Notes under the pieces: generated by a model | Seen by the model: only the letters and a program-made list of their open reading frames with translations | What the model was told of the DNA's origin: nothing | The model's database searches: none | Program-made: the position numbers and the translations under genes | In this document: positions 14,201-28,198 of the stretch, one piece after another | Numbering within the stretch: the first letter of the stretch is position 1 | Layout: each line of letters starts with the position of its first letter | Origin: Octopus vulgaris | Taxonomy: Eukaryota | Length of the DNA: 64,000 nucleotides | NCBI GenBank assembly: GCA_951406725.2 | Contig: OX597821.1 | Span: 60,698,001-60,762,000 of the forward strand | Direction: 5' to 3'

Positions 14201-15149
14201 TGCAGTCCACAGTACCTCCATTCCTTATATAACTTGTCAGTGGTTTTTGGCTATATTTCATTTTCCAAACGTAGTAATTTATAGTAAAAGGTTCAATATA
14301 AAACTGCAGTTTAATCTATTTTTCTCTACTGCTGAGTTTATGTCCCTGTTCTTGTAGATAATAATCTTTTTTCAGGTGGGGAAGACAGACTCGGTTGAAA
14401 TACAACAGTTGCTCTCCCTCAACACGTCTTTCTTTGGTGTGCACCTTATCACATAATTTCTGGACGACGACATCATTGATACTAATGTTTTCTTTGTCTG
14501 CATGTGTTATTTTAATAACACATTTTTCTGGATTTATTGGGAGAGAGATAGTATTTTAAGGCATGCATTTTAGAAAGCATTTTGTAGAGAAAGGATTTGT
14601 GTAGGTTATAGTTTGTTGCGGAAACAAAGTGTGCAACTCATAAACACATGCAATATTACACTGTTTTGTGTTTTTTTTGTTTGAAAGTTTATTTTGAATA
14701 GTCTTAAAGAGATTAGGGGTCCAGGGAAGGCTAGCATAATATTGGATCTAATTTATTATTTGTGGGCTAAAGTTGTTTCTTTATGATGACCTATTGTGGC
14801 TTGTTATAGGAAAACAATAAACCATCTTTTGTGTATGTATGACTTCAGGTTCTGTATTGTAGATAATAGACTACGAGAAATATTGTTATAGAGAATATAA
14901 GGAATTACTAAAAGAATTCATAAGAAATTCAGGTTGGATAGAAATCCAAGGCAATTCTGAAGAGGAAAAAAATATTAATAGTACTTCTGTGTTGATAAAT
15001 AAAGAAATACAAATAAAAATTTAGACTAAATTTAGATTGACAAATATTTGCAATAAATAACAGTACAACAGACATAAATTTACTTAATGAACTAGGCAGA
15101 ATACAACACATAAACACACACCCAAGAAATTAATTAGAAGGAATATTAT

Positions 15150-16045
15150 ACATGCATTAGATTGATAGTTAAAACAGATATAAACATTTCCTGCCAGAAA
15201 CAACCAAAGCATATAATGAAGCAGTGACGACCGAAAGCACATAATGAAGCAGTAAGGAACTGCAGAAGAACAGAAGGTTAGGAAATAAACAGTTAATCAA
15301 TTTGTATCTGTTTGCCAAGTCTTCAGCAACAGAAATTGAATATACTGCGATGACAGAGTAAGAGCTTTTATGCATCGGAAATAGTGTCAGCATTATGAAT
15401 TGCCATAGAAACTAAGTATAATAGTTTGACTGTACTTTAGAAAAGGTCTTAGAAAATGACAAAGCAACCATACTCATTGCTATGCTAATTTGACATAAAT
15501 CGTTTACGTTCTAAGTTCAAATTCCGCTAAGGTCGACTTTGCCTTTCATCCTTTTGGGGTCGATAAATTAAGCACCAGTTGTGTACTGGGGTCGATCTAA
15601 TCGAGCGACCTCTTCCCCCAAAATTTCAGATCTTGTGCCTTGAGTAGAAAAGAATTTTACACAAATCAAGACAAAGTGACGAGATATTGTAGGCAAAGAT
15701 AGCTGAAATAAAAAATGCCTTCTATTTAAAGTACGAGTCCCAGTAAATGATAAAGCATCTGTATAAAAAAATATGGAAAAATTTATTCAAGTATAAAGAT
15801 CTGAAAACTGATGGCACAGAAGCAATCCCAGCAATATTAAGTACAGAGAGAATGATTTACAAAGATGCAGGAAAACGCACAACCAAGATATTAGTAGTTA
15901 CGTAACATATAGGCAACACAGAGTAAACAATACATCACATTGTACAGTTTACTTTCATTATAAGAAAAAAAAGTCTAAACAAAAACTGCACAATGTATCA
16001 GAACTGCACTCAGCGGTGCTGTGAATACATGAAAATTTAATTGAA
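15150..16045 (+). mobile_element. Decayed R4/Dong-like LINE 3' part, interrupted by a SINE A copy (15503-15655)
   Basis: EKVLENDKATIL and KLFKYKDLK remnants; 3' tail ctgcactcagcggtgctgtgaa resembles 46811-46832. Confidence 0.55.
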
Positions 16046-16724
16046 GGGTAAGCAGAAAATATCTCAGTAAATGACAAAGCGACCATGTGATGTAATTACA
16101 AGTAATACGTTCTGTATCTTGTGTATATCCTTAAGTCCTGGAGATTTTGTTGTGTTTTTTCTGCTTGTTTTTTTTTTAATTACTACCGCGGCACATGTCA
16201 TCAAGATTATTTCTGTTTTCAACCTTCACAGTTGGATATCTCTATTTTCATACATAGGTTCAATAGTGCAAAGAGGATGGATGGAATTCAAAAACATGAG
16301 TATAAATATTATATTATATTTTTACTCGGCAGAATTTACAACGTAACTCAATGGCTTACAGTTTCGCCCATGACGCTAATTATTACGAAACTTTTGGATT
16401 TTGACTTCGTAAGTTCTGCGGAAAAATGTTTCCATATATATATATACATATACATATATATATATATATGTATGTATAACTAATTTCGTTACGTGTGTGT
16501 ATGTGTGTGTGCGTGCGTGTGTGCCTTCGCGCGCACGTGTGTGGACGTGTGTGTGTGTGTGTGCGTGCGCGAGTGAACAGATGTGTGAATATACATCTAA
16601 GCATACATACACACACATATAAGTACGGATGCATACACGCAGATATATGGGTATATGCATGTACATAAATACATATATACCCCCACATTTCCCCCTCTTC
16701 CTGCTCCCCCCCCAACCGCACGAC

Positions 16725-16839
16725 CGATTTCCTGTCCACCACGCAGTCGATCTCTTGTTCACCATGCACTGGATTCCCTGTTCACCATACGGTCGATTTC
16801 CTGTTCACCATACGGTCGATTCCCTGTTCACCATACGGT
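16725..16839. repeat. 23-bp minisatellite, 5 copies
   Basis: Unit cgattYcctgttcaccatacggt at 16725, 16748, 16771, 16794, 16817. Confidence 0.9.
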
Positions 16840-17339
16840 ATTTTCTAAGTAATTGTTATCACTGAATTATCAACGTCAAACTGCTATACCGTGTGACTTT
16901 CTCGACAAGTCACAGGCTAACGTCTAGTAATAAACTTTGACTCTCTTCAATCGAACTTTCATTTTATTTTTCATATTCTACCCGCATTTATTTATAGCTT
17001 TATCTACTTCGAGTTCAACCGTTAGAAATAATTTATTTCATATCTTTATGATGTAAGCATTTTTCAACTCTCGTTGGTAAGAACAAAGCTTCTAAAATGA
17101 AGAAACAAATTCGGAGTGTTGCTTTAGGTCGTGTTTGCTGGAGATCTGGGTTCAAGTTCCATGGACAGTCTTCGACTATTTTTCCTATCAAATAAGTTTT
17201 TAGCACAATATTCTCCACGCTGTTATTTATAACCTTAGCTACTTGGAGTTCCAGTGTTAAAATAATTGACTTCACGTTTTACGATTAAAACCCCCCAGAG
17301 AACAAATTTGCTCTTCATCCTTCGATAAGAAAGTTCCAG

Positions 17340-17700
17340 GGACAACAAAACATTAGAAAAGACTTTATTGACGACAAATCACGATCTGGAGACCCTACAG
17401 CAGAACGATTTTCCATTTTGTTCTGGCAGTTCCTACTGAGATACAAGTATCAACACATGCAACAGCCTTTTCAGCATTGATATGGAAACTTAAGAATGAG
17501 AACATCAGTCACAACATCAAACATATAAAGCCAAACCCTATATTAATGAGTCAAAAAGATGTCTCATATGCTCGCTTGAAAAACTCTATCGTTTAAAAAA
17601 CTTAAGGACTTCCAGTGATTATGTAAATATCAGGAGTGAGATTTTGTTTTCCTTATGTCTGCCTTTTAAAATCTACATCTTAGTAGAAATTAAAGTTAAA
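17340..17700 (+). pseudogene. Penelope-like GIY-YIG C-terminal relic
   Basis: TAFSALIWKLKNENI, KAKPYINESKRCLICSLEKL, VNIRSEIL. Confidence 0.65.
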
Positions 17701-18242
17701 CCACCAGACCTATGATGGACTATTCCAGTGTTGGTTTATGCAACTTTTATATCTATAAGACACAGGTTGTTATATCTACTATGAAGTTCATCATCTCCTG
17801 TGTGTTTCTCTTTGTCATTTTCTAAATGTGCGTGCTTATTCAAACGTCGATTGCATCGAAAGCAGTTGCCAAACCGTTTTGTTGTTTTTAATAGCTGAAT
17901 AAATTGGCGAAATAAATTAATATTTCGGTCAGAAAACCCTAGGTAGCTGCATTTTACAAGATTTGTGGTTTTTACTATAATATTTTACTCTCTTAAGTGA
18001 TCGGGTGGTACACTACCTCTAGAAACCTTACCACACACACATACACACACATACACACACACATGTATGCATGTGTGTATCATATATGCATCCGCATTAA
18101 CACAGATAGATCGACAACAAAACACAAAGAGAGATAGACTACACATACATATACACACACATAAGAGGATATTTATGTACGGAAACACACAAATAACTAT
18201 ATATCAAGCTAAGAGAGAGGAAAGAGAAAGATATAGATAGAT

Positions 18243-18281
<39 letters not shown>

Positions 18282-19199
18282 AAAAGAGAGAAAGAAAGTA
18301 AGTGAGTGAGAGAAAGACAGAAAGATAAAGAGAAAGAGAGAAAGAGAGAAAGAAAGATTATGCATACTTGGTTATTCCTGTGTTGAAGTACGTTACTGTT
18401 TGTGCATATCATTAGAAATATTAGCAATATATTTATTTATGAGCTATATGAATATTAAATAACAATAATCAATATTATCTTTGTCATATCATCCAAAACA
18501 AGTTCTTTCATTTGGCTGTGTCATATTTAAGCCATTATCTTCTTTTAATTCTCTTTGTAAACATTCATCTAAGTCTAGTTATGCCTTATAGGTTAAACTC
18601 TTTATATATGTAAATAATGTCGCACATAAAAAAATGGTGACAATGAGCCAAGTTATACATTTACATAAGTTGTTAGTTAACTAATTAGTAACAAAATTAG
18701 TTAACATTTATATAATAAACTATATGTCGCTAATAAATATTGACTTAATTTTGTTAACGATTGGATAATATGCTGTCTGTATCGTTGTGTCGTTCGGAAT
18801 CTTGATCTGCAGCCACATCGTTCGGGTGTTCAATCCTTTTGCAGGTTACGTTGAGGAAGTGATTTCTGAGCAAAATTTGATAAATAACAGGAAGGACTTC
18901 AGCACAGAAACTGCATACATACATACATACATACATACATACATACATACATACATACATACATGCATACATACATACATACATACATACACACGTACAT
19001 ACATACATACATTCATACATACATACATACATACATACATACATACATACATACATACATACATACATACACACGTACATACATACATACATACATACAT
19101 ACACACGTACATACATTTTCAACTAAATATAAATTCTTTTATTTTCTTTCAGCCCAAAGGCTGTGGCCATGCTGGATCATCGCCAGTATTATCACCTTT

Positions 19200-19960
19200 T
19201 CAATAGCTATTCTTATGTGATTGGCTATTGGTGAAGGAGGGAGTCCGATGTTGCTGCCCTCTTTTGAGTTTCCGGCCTTGATGTAGGTTCGTTCGGAACC
19301 TTGGACGGCAGGAGGTGAAGTTGTTACTTGAAAGCATCCACCCCCACTACACGAAGATTTCGAAGATGTTTTGACAAGGTATAAAATAACCGTGAGGCCT
19401 TGAATACCAAACTATTGCAGTACATGGTCTTCACACTAAAAGGGATGACTGAGACCTTTGGAACCGTGTGGTAAGGTCCAGTTCGGATGCTGATGTGGCG
19501 CTTGATGCCAAAGTTTGCTGCCAATCCTTCCAGGATCTTCCGTACGTATATCATTGCATTTCTCTCTCGTTTTCGCTCCACGGAGTCATAACACTTTCAA
19601 TCCCTTCCCGTAGCTCAGTTGTTCCAACGATGTACTCTTCCTTGCGTACTACCGCTGAACTGACCCAAGTTCTGCTATTAATTTGACTTTGTTGGGTGAC
19701 CACAGTTGAGAGAACTAGTCCAGACAGCTGAGCACAAATATCTTCCGTAGAACCAGTATAGGTTCAGAAATTTGCCTGCACATTGCCACCATCTTGGTGT
19801 TATGCACGTGAAACGAGCTTTGTTGCTCAGATCAATTCCCTGATCATACAGTATACTTGGCTCTGGGATTGCCGCACCTTTTAGTTTAAAGTTTCTTTGT
19901 TGATAGCGGAAGGCTTGGAATTTTCCTGCATGAAATTGCATGCTTTTTACTTCAATCCAT
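19200..19960 (-). mobile_element. CR1/L2-group LINE 3' relic
   Basis: SQLWSPNKVKLIAELGSVQR, RERNAMIYVRKILEGL, RLFYTL...DAFK; frameshifted. Confidence 0.65.
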
Positions 19961-19964
19961 TTGT

Positions 19965-21010
19965 ATCCAGTCATTGAGAGTGAAATGTCCGATTTTGAAC
20001 TGAAAGTTTATCTCACTTTATCTTAACAAAAAACAATGTAGTTAACCAAAGTATGTACCTAAATTATCAACACTATTCTGCCATTGTATCCGCAGCTTAT
20101 TTATGCTGGCAGCAAAGAATTCTGGAGAGCAAGAGGTAATGAAATCACGAAAGGCTGTTTTTGCATCTTCTTCACACGTGAAGATTTTTCTTTGCAAAAA
20201 GTTGTCTAATGCCTGGAAAATGTGATAGTCAGTTGGTGTAAGATCTGGTGAATATGATGGGTGACAGTACTTCCAAGTTCAGTTCCTGTAACTTGAGTAG
20301 CGTTCTTTGTGCAACATGTGGTCGAGCATTGTCTTGCAAGAGAATTGGTCTGTCTCATCATTTCATCCAGCTGGTTGATATATACATCCTCTGTAATTGA
20401 CTTACCAGGTCTCATAGAGCTGTAGTGGATGACACCAGCGCTGGACCACCAAACAGACACCATTAACATTTTTTGGTGAATATTCTTTTTTGGATTGTGT
20501 TTTCGCATTTCGTCTCTATCCAACCAGCGTGCAGAACGCTTGCTATTGTTGAAAAGAATCCATTTTTCGTCACACGTCACAATACGATGCAAAAATGGTT
20601 CGCTTTTATGCCGTGACAGCAAAGAACAGCAAGTCTCAAGACCACGTGTCATTTGATGCTCGCTCGGTTCGTGTGGTACCCACTTGTCCAGCTTCTTTAC
20701 CTTGCCGATTTGTTTCAGATGGTCCAATACAGTTGAACTCGAAATATCAAATCTTGCTGCTAACTCACGTGTAGTTTGTATATCCTCTTCCGTTACAATT
20801 TCCAGCTCATCATTATCCACTTTGGTCACAGGCCTATTACGGGGATGATTTTCAAGAGTAAAGCCACCAGACCGGAACTTTTCAAACCATCGAAGTACAG
20901 TGCGCTCATTTGTTACATCACCACACTGATTTTTTCGAGCTGTCTGGGATGCATTGGTTCCACGACGGAACCAAGATATATTGATTATTTAGACTCCACT
21001 ATTATTTCTC
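19965..21010 (-). mobile_element. mariner (DD34D) transposon, decayed
   Basis: ORF 20206-20829 contains WVPHE, IVTCDEKWI and MVSVWWS; the shifted frame gives QDNARPH and YSPDLTPTDYHIF. Confidence 0.9.
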
Positions 21011-21109
21011 TTTTGAGAATTTTTCTTTCTTCTGTTTATACTTTATCTAATAAGAATAATATAATATACCTAATAATAATAATAATTGATTTCTTTGTAT
21101 GCATATACA

Positions 21110-21268
21110 AAGGAAGTGGCTGTGTGGTAAGTAGCTTGCATACCAACCACATGGTTCCGGGTTCAGTCTCACTGCGTGGTACCTTGGACAAGTATCTTCT
21201 ACTATAGTCTCGGGCCGACCAAAGCCTTGTGAGTGGATTTGGTAGACGGAAACTGAAAGAAGCCCATC

Positions 21269-21331
<63 letters not shown>

Positions 21332-21555
21332 TGTATGTATGTATGTGTGTGTGTGTGTGCCTGTGTTTGTCCCCCAATATCGCTTGACAACCGATGCTGG
21401 TGTGTTTATGTCCCCGTAACTTAGCGGTTCGGCAAAAGATACCGATAGAATAAGTACTAAGCTTACAAAGAATAAGTCCTGGGGTAGATTTGCTCGACTA
21501 AAGGTGGTGCTCCAACATGGCCGCAGTCAAATGACTGAAACAAGTAAAAGAGAGA
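21110..21555 (+). mobile_element. SINE family B, near full length
   Basis: tRNA-like head (gtggctgtgtggtaag...ggttcagtc), internal (TA)n(TATG)n, tail aaacaagtaaaagag; many related fragments in the window. Confidence 0.88.
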
Positions 21556-21620
21556 AAACATAAATGTATGGATATGTATTTATGTATATTTATGTATATT
21601 TAACCTTCTGAACTTTCTAA

Positions 21621-21746
21621 ACTCTCTGACGAAGCCCAGAGTCACACCCATGTACCTTAATCTTATCTACCAAATACTTCAGTTCACTGAAGGGATGAAA
21701 GTAAAGTGGAGTACTATGGCCACTTGACTGAAACAGCTGTAAGATA
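21621..21746 (+). ncRNA. Hammerhead ribozyme motif with long stem II
   Basis: CTGACGA 21626-21632, GAAAC-AGCT-GTA 21730-21741, stem I tct/aga. Confidence 0.55.
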
Positions 21747-21949
21747 CTACTCTACTTTCTATGCTCTACGTTATATATTTTAATAATTACTGGTATTTTT
21801 ATATTTCATATATTATATATGTAAAGCATAATATGTTATACATCTATGAATATTATTATAATTGTTTATTTTTAAATAAATAAATATACATAATATCATG
21901 TCTAAAAGTTGATGAATACCACCTCTTGATTCCCTCCATTTTCTTATTG

Positions 21950-22004
<55 letters not shown>

Positions 22005-22204
22005 GTATTGTTCCTGCTAAATATTTATAAATATATATCTATATGTATAAACACACATACTCACATTTATATATACACAAAATATTAGCTATAAGGATTA
22101 TTCAAAAATCAAAACTCATCAACTTGTAAGACGACAGAAAATGGCTTGATACAAACAATTAGAACTGATGGTGAAAGAAAACAATATTGTAGAATTCAAT
22201 TGCT

Positions 22205-22482
22205 GGTGGGATACCGTTGATGTAAGTACCAAATCCAATTTGTAACCAGCGATCCCACTCACCAGTGGATCCTTGGTGTAGCGTAGGTATAAAACAGTAA
22301 ACACGAATGGCGTTTAAAATTTACGACAGCTGTTTCGGAAGGATATTATTTAAGGGACTCGTAAAATATTACATAATAATATACAATACACCATCATCAG
22401 ATAAAATTTTAAACAGTCTGCTTGGATATAGCCAACATTTTACCGAAACAGCTGTCGTAAATTTCAATTGCCATTCGTGTTT
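22205..22482 (-). mobile_element. PLE pLTR-like HHR cassette with inverted half copy (arms 22299-22338 and 22443-22482)
   Basis: Minus-strand CTGATGA (22394-22400)...GAAAC AGCT GTC; 22210-22248 is the reverse-strand homologue of 6855-6893. Confidence 0.7.
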
Positions 22483-23364
22483 GATATTATATATATATAC
22501 ACACACACACACACGCATGCACACACACACATATACATGCATACATGCACACATGCGAGCATATATATGTTTCAAATTTACAGAAAATAAAAGACGAAAA
22601 CAAGTGAAGGAACAAAAAGCAGGTGTATTAGTTTGACACTCGGGAAGAATGGAAAAGTCTTTGACGTTTCGAACCCAGAAAGGTTGAGAGGAAAAAAATG
22701 GAGAAAAAACGAAGATAACGGAGCGAGAAAATAATGTGTTAGGCGATATATATATATAAACATATGCACGTGATCATATATTGAAAGGTGTGTGTATGTA
22801 TATGTGTAAATTTATTAAAATGTATGTAAGATATTTTTTTTGTGTTGTTATTATACTCATAAATATGAACAGTTTCCAATTTTGCTTTTTATGTTTTGTC
22901 TTTGCTTGCTTCGAGCCCCTCAAGGCATAGGAGTTTTGTCTGCTAAAATTGTTAGCCTGCATGAAGTGTCATAAAGTTCATGTTTGATGAAAAGCGAGGT
23001 ACACATTTTCGATCAACCAAAACTAGGCTTTAAGACATTTGAATTGCTTTATGGCTTCGTAGTCTTTCTATCATGTTAAGTTGTTTTTATCGTTCTTGTA
23101 GTCATCTTTGTTATTTTTTTCTTCCTCTCCAGTCGTAGTTGTAGTTATTTATGGTGTAAGGTAGGGTGGTTGGCTGGCTGGCTGGCTGGCTGGTTGGGTT
23201 GATGGAATCGACGGCCGTGTGTATAGTTTTATTTCTTTCAGCTTTCATTTTATTTTTATATTTTATATAGTATATTTTATATTCTTGCAGATATTATGTT
23301 TTTATGGTAATATCAGAAAAAATGCTCTTGTCATAACAGATGGTCTAAACAATTTTTTTGTGTT

Positions 23365-23425
<61 letters not shown>

Positions 23426-23619
23426 GCTACTACTACTACTACTACACAGACACATATACTATGTATGCGCATATTTGTATGGGTTTTGCGTTTGTTTTTT
23501 TCAATTTTAATTCATTAAAGAGATAAAAAATTGGCTGAAAGCCTGGGAAGCCTTTGATTTCTAATTCAAGAAGCGTTCATGATTTTTTTTCTATGGCACA
23601 TCTTTATATTTCTTCCGTC

Positions 23620-23689
<70 letters not shown>

Positions 23690-23967
23690 TTGCCAAATAT
23701 CTAGCTATTTATTTATGTATGTATCTGCCTCCTTAACAATTCTGCCTGGCTGTATATTCCACTATCAAGTTACCAGCTTATTTTTACTCACACACTCTCC
23801 CCCACATACATACATACACACATACATACACATACATGCATACATACATACATACATACATACATACATACATACATACATACATACATACATACATACA
23901 TACATACATACATACATACATACGTACGTACATACATACATACGTACATACATTCATACATACACAC

Positions 23968-23998
<31 letters not shown>

Positions 23999-24059
23999 GT
24001 GGCTGTCTACTCGCTACCGACTGAGAAAGACCATCACTCGTCATTATGGACATTGTGCA

Positions 24060-25270
24060 CTCAAACAAATTTATACTTAACATTTGTGGCTCCGCTGATG
24101 TCTAATGAGCCCAACCCTTGATAAATATACACGTCTGGAGATATTGTAGACCAAGCTTCCTTCGTTCACTATACTGGCGGTGCGTTTTCAAGCGGCTCGC
24201 TTGATTTCAGTATGAAAAATGCGTGTTTTTTAAGAAGCACCCACTCCATCTTTTACTTGTTTCCTCCATTGGTGGCGATAACATGCATTGTTTTCCAAAT
24301 TGATCTCCCATATAACATATTGTTTCAACGAATGTTTTATAGAATCGTAGTATTCGTTTCCTCTGGGGACGCATTCACAAAAAGGTCGCCATATTACATT
24401 TGCTTAGGGATCCTTCAATCATTCTTCTGAACAAAGTGTCCTGTCCAACATAGAAAGGTGCTCGTGCACCATCGAGCTAATACTCAAGATGTCAGCTTCT
24501 CTAAAAAATTTGTGTCTGAAGCCTGCGAAGACCAGCCAACGTTCAGAATGTGTCTCAGAGATTTCTGATGAAAGCGTTCAAGGTCCTCTATGTAATACCT
24601 CTAAAGGGTCTATATCTCACACGAGTAGATGAGGGACTTCAGCACACACAGACACAAACACTCACACACACGCACGCACAGTAATTTTTGTTCGCCTTTT
24701 GATGCTATGTTGAGGCTAAAATTGAGACTCAAGAGCCCTGAAAATGTCAGTTGCTTTGAAAAGTCTTAAGTGTATTTCATCATCCAAGAAGCACGAACGG
24801 CTGAATGTGCTGCCCAGTAGACAAACTTGTGCACGATTTCCAATGCTGTTCCTTTAACTAAGACATGGTTTCACATGTGTGTTTCCTGATGCAAGCTAGA
24901 ACATTATTAGAGAATTGTCCAGACTGCTGAATCCAAATGTCTTGCCAAAAATTGCATATCTTCAAAAAGATGAGCAGCTAAGTCGCAATCATCCGCATAA
25001 AGTAGATTACAAATAAGAGATTGATAAGCTTTCCTACTGGCAGCAAATCGATGCAAGTTGAAGAAATAACCAGAAGATTGGTATCTGACATATATCCCAG
25101 AAAAAATCCGCAAAAGAAAAAACACAAGAGCGAGAGTAGCAGCAAAATACATGGAAAAGAGACTTGGGGAAAGTATGTCACCTTGCTTGACAATATTCTC
25201 TACCAAAATGGGTATCGATATGTTACAACTGATCTTGACCTATGCATTTATCGTACCATGAAATGATTTA
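24060..25270 (-). mobile_element. RTE-clade LINE relic (RT C-terminal half)
   Basis: VKQGDILSPSLFSMYF, LLYADD, LGSTFS, ERFHQKSLRHILNV; frameshifts and stops. Confidence 0.8.
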
Positions 25271-25405
25271 ATTACCGATACAGAGTGACCCAGACAAACA
25301 CGTTTGTTCAATATTTTCCGCAGGAAGGCCCTCTGTATAGACATATATACATGATACGTACACAAACACATAATATACTTAAGGTTATAAATATATATAT
25401 ATATA

Positions 25406-26252
25406 CAGGGTGCGGTGAATAAACTGTCTTCTAAATTACGCAAAAACGAAAATAACACTGACATATCATTTTAACAGATATGTTTAGCAAAATTACATAA
25501 AAATATCTTGAAATACTAAACAGTAAATCTATTCAATAAAATCACCATCGGCTTCAACCACGTCCTCTAGACAACTTCGGAATCTTCTGCAATTCTTATT
25601 TGAGTTGGTGAATGCTACCTTAATCCTTGTCGTCAGTTCATCTTTGGCATTACAAGGAGTCTTGTTGGTCTCTCGTTCAACTACGTTCCACACATAATAA
25701 TCAAAGGGGTTGCACTCTGGGGAGTTAGGTCGTCAGATGTTACGGGTGATGTGGTCGCAGAAATTGTCTGACAACAGCCATGACTGAGTCCTGCTTAAAT
25801 GGCATGGCGTAGAGTCCTGTTGCCAGACACAGGCTCTTCCAGTAACCATCCTTTTGATGCAGGGCAGTACTACCTCCCCCAGGCACTTGATGTAGGCCTC
25901 CGTGTTGTGTCTCAGGCCGCATGGGAAGATGAATAGAGGAATAACGTAGCCATCACAAGTGATCACTCCAAAATCCATGATGTTGACTGGATGTTTGATT
26001 TTATCACTCTCGGTACATGTCCTCAGAGCGATACCTAATACTCTGAAATGTTCGAATTCGAACTCCCGACGCGAATGCCAAGCAGTACACCATATCTTTT
26101 CCAAATTACTGGCAGAATGAATTGAGTCATGGTGGTGTTTTTCCCACAGACGGTGCCCAACTATACTCTGTAGTCGACAAAATGAAAAACAAACAATGCA
26201 CATGAGTGAAATTAGAAACATAAAATGGTGACAATTTACTCATTGCACCCTG
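25406..26252 (-). mobile_element. Tc1/mariner-superfamily (maT/DD37D-like) internally deleted transposon
   Basis: TA-flanked TIRs CAGGGTGCGGTGAATAAACTGTC / GACAATTTACTCATTGCACCCTG; peptides WQQDSTPCH and PNSPECNPFDYYVW; inserted in (TA)n. Confidence 0.85.
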
Positions 26253-26464
<212 letters not shown>

Positions 26465-27511
26465 ATATATACATATATATACATATACATATACACATAC
26501 ATATATATACATACATACACATATATATACATACACATACTTCTATCCATACATATATACATATATTTCGACTCTTTCTCTCTCGTCTTCATATTCCTTT
26601 TCTAGCATCCCAACTTCCTTTGTCTCTCTCTCATCTTTTCATTCGTAATTATCAACTCCTCCCTTCCTTCCTTCCTTCCTTCCTTCCTTCCTTCCTTCCT
26701 TCCTTCCCTGTTCTCTCTACCGCTCTCTCTCCTTCTCTCTCATCCTCCTTCTCTTGTAACTACCGCTCACACGTGACCCGTGACTAATTTTCTCATCTCT
26801 CTGCCTTTACGCCACCGGACGCTTAGCTTGCCGGTCAACATTCATCTCTTCTCTTGCTATTTCTCTTTCTATATCCGTTCAGGATTACTTCTAGACTGTT
26901 TCTTTGAGAGGCTAGAGATGAAGTGTAAGGTGATATTTTATTATACTAGGCTTAGAAAAGTGGTAGCTGGGAGGGGACCGAGGTAAGGATAAAGGATAAA
27001 GAAAAGTAAAAAATGAAGAAATATATAAATACATAAATAAAGCAAATCAGGTATAAAGTCGGGGTTTAGGGTTCGCTAGTTAAGGCTAAAGGTCAAAGAA
27101 AGGATGGCAGAGATACTTTATAATTTAAGAGTATTCAGTAGATATAGATTGAATACCGGGGGAGGGTACAAAGGAAATCAAATGATTGGTTCTTGCTATT
27201 AGGAATTGTAGTGCTTTGTGCAATTGATTTATCTGGTAAAGGAGAAAGATGTAGGATGTTGTAATAGATACGAATATGCTATATGGGATATATAACACAC
27301 ACACACATACACACCCACACACCCACACACACACATACACACACACACATTATGCTTGTATTTCAGATATCAAGTTAAAATAACATAAACCTCCAATGGT
27401 CTATACAAATTCAGAGGCTGCCTAGGGAGGCCACTGGATTTAAATGTCATATGAAGTAAAAGATAACACCACAAGGATCAGTGAGGCAGAAGAATTTGGG
27501 CCCTAGTTTTA

Positions 27512-28198
27512 TTTATGCGCTTTCAGCCAAAGAACAAACGCAGCATCATGCTTTAACATTATATATCTTTGACGACAATCTTTTTGTCTTCGTCAGCTAT
27601 TTCTGATTAAGGTCAATCAATAGATGCTGCTTGTTACTAACACTATCTTGCTCCGTTCGCCTGACATATTACGGAAAAGAAAATATTTTGACCATTGTGT
27701 TGGTATCTGTTTGGCAGTCTACCATGCAATAAATACGAAGAATCTGTCTGTTTGTCTTCTAACACATGATTTAAGACAGTGGATAATGATATTAAGGAAA
27801 AATTGCCAAAGAAATTTCATTAAGCGGAAGATTAAAAAGATGCTGTCTCTAGAACTTGTATACATGTATGTTTTCTAGGATCGATTCCTGGCAATCAAAA
27901 ACCATGTGATTTTGGTAAAACAACCGTAAAAACAATTCGAAGAAAATAGGCTTCAAATTTCTAGAAAAGGTGAATGCTATGGCTATTCGCATGAAAGAAA
28001 AAAGAAGAAACAATACTAGTTGTGCAAAAGAAGAGAAAGAAGGAACTAAGATCTCATTATAGTTGGAGGAAAGAACAAGAATTAAGAAATGTTCAATCGA
28101 AAATACAGATTAGGATGAAGAAATTTGGAATGGCCACATCAGAGGTGGTAGCAATTGTTTTTGTCTTCGTCAGCTATTTCTGATTAAGGTCAATCAAT
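27512..28198 (-). mobile_element. Terminally redundant HHR-like cassette
   Basis: Exact 41-bp direct repeat (27581-27621 and 28158-28198) containing minus-strand CTGACGA; variant GAAAGCGC at 27517-27524. Confidence 0.55.

Noticed and set aside
12955-14284. Val/Ala/Thr-rich ORFs resembling mucin or antifreeze proteins
   Set aside because: Degenerate trinucleotide repeats open in several frames on both strands; no splice or domain support
14480-14800. Possible PLE GIY-YIG relic on the minus strand (also 2190-2470 plus, 3980-4150 minus)
   Set aside because: Only faint motif resemblance; cannot be supported without a profile search
16725-16839. Regular 23-bp repeats as a CRISPR array
   Set aside because: Head-to-tail units without spacers, eukaryotic context, no cas genes
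18757-18913. Complex non-repetitive stretch that could be a host exon
   Set aside because: Open on both strands, no recognisable protein, no convincing splice-site pair; needs RNA-seq
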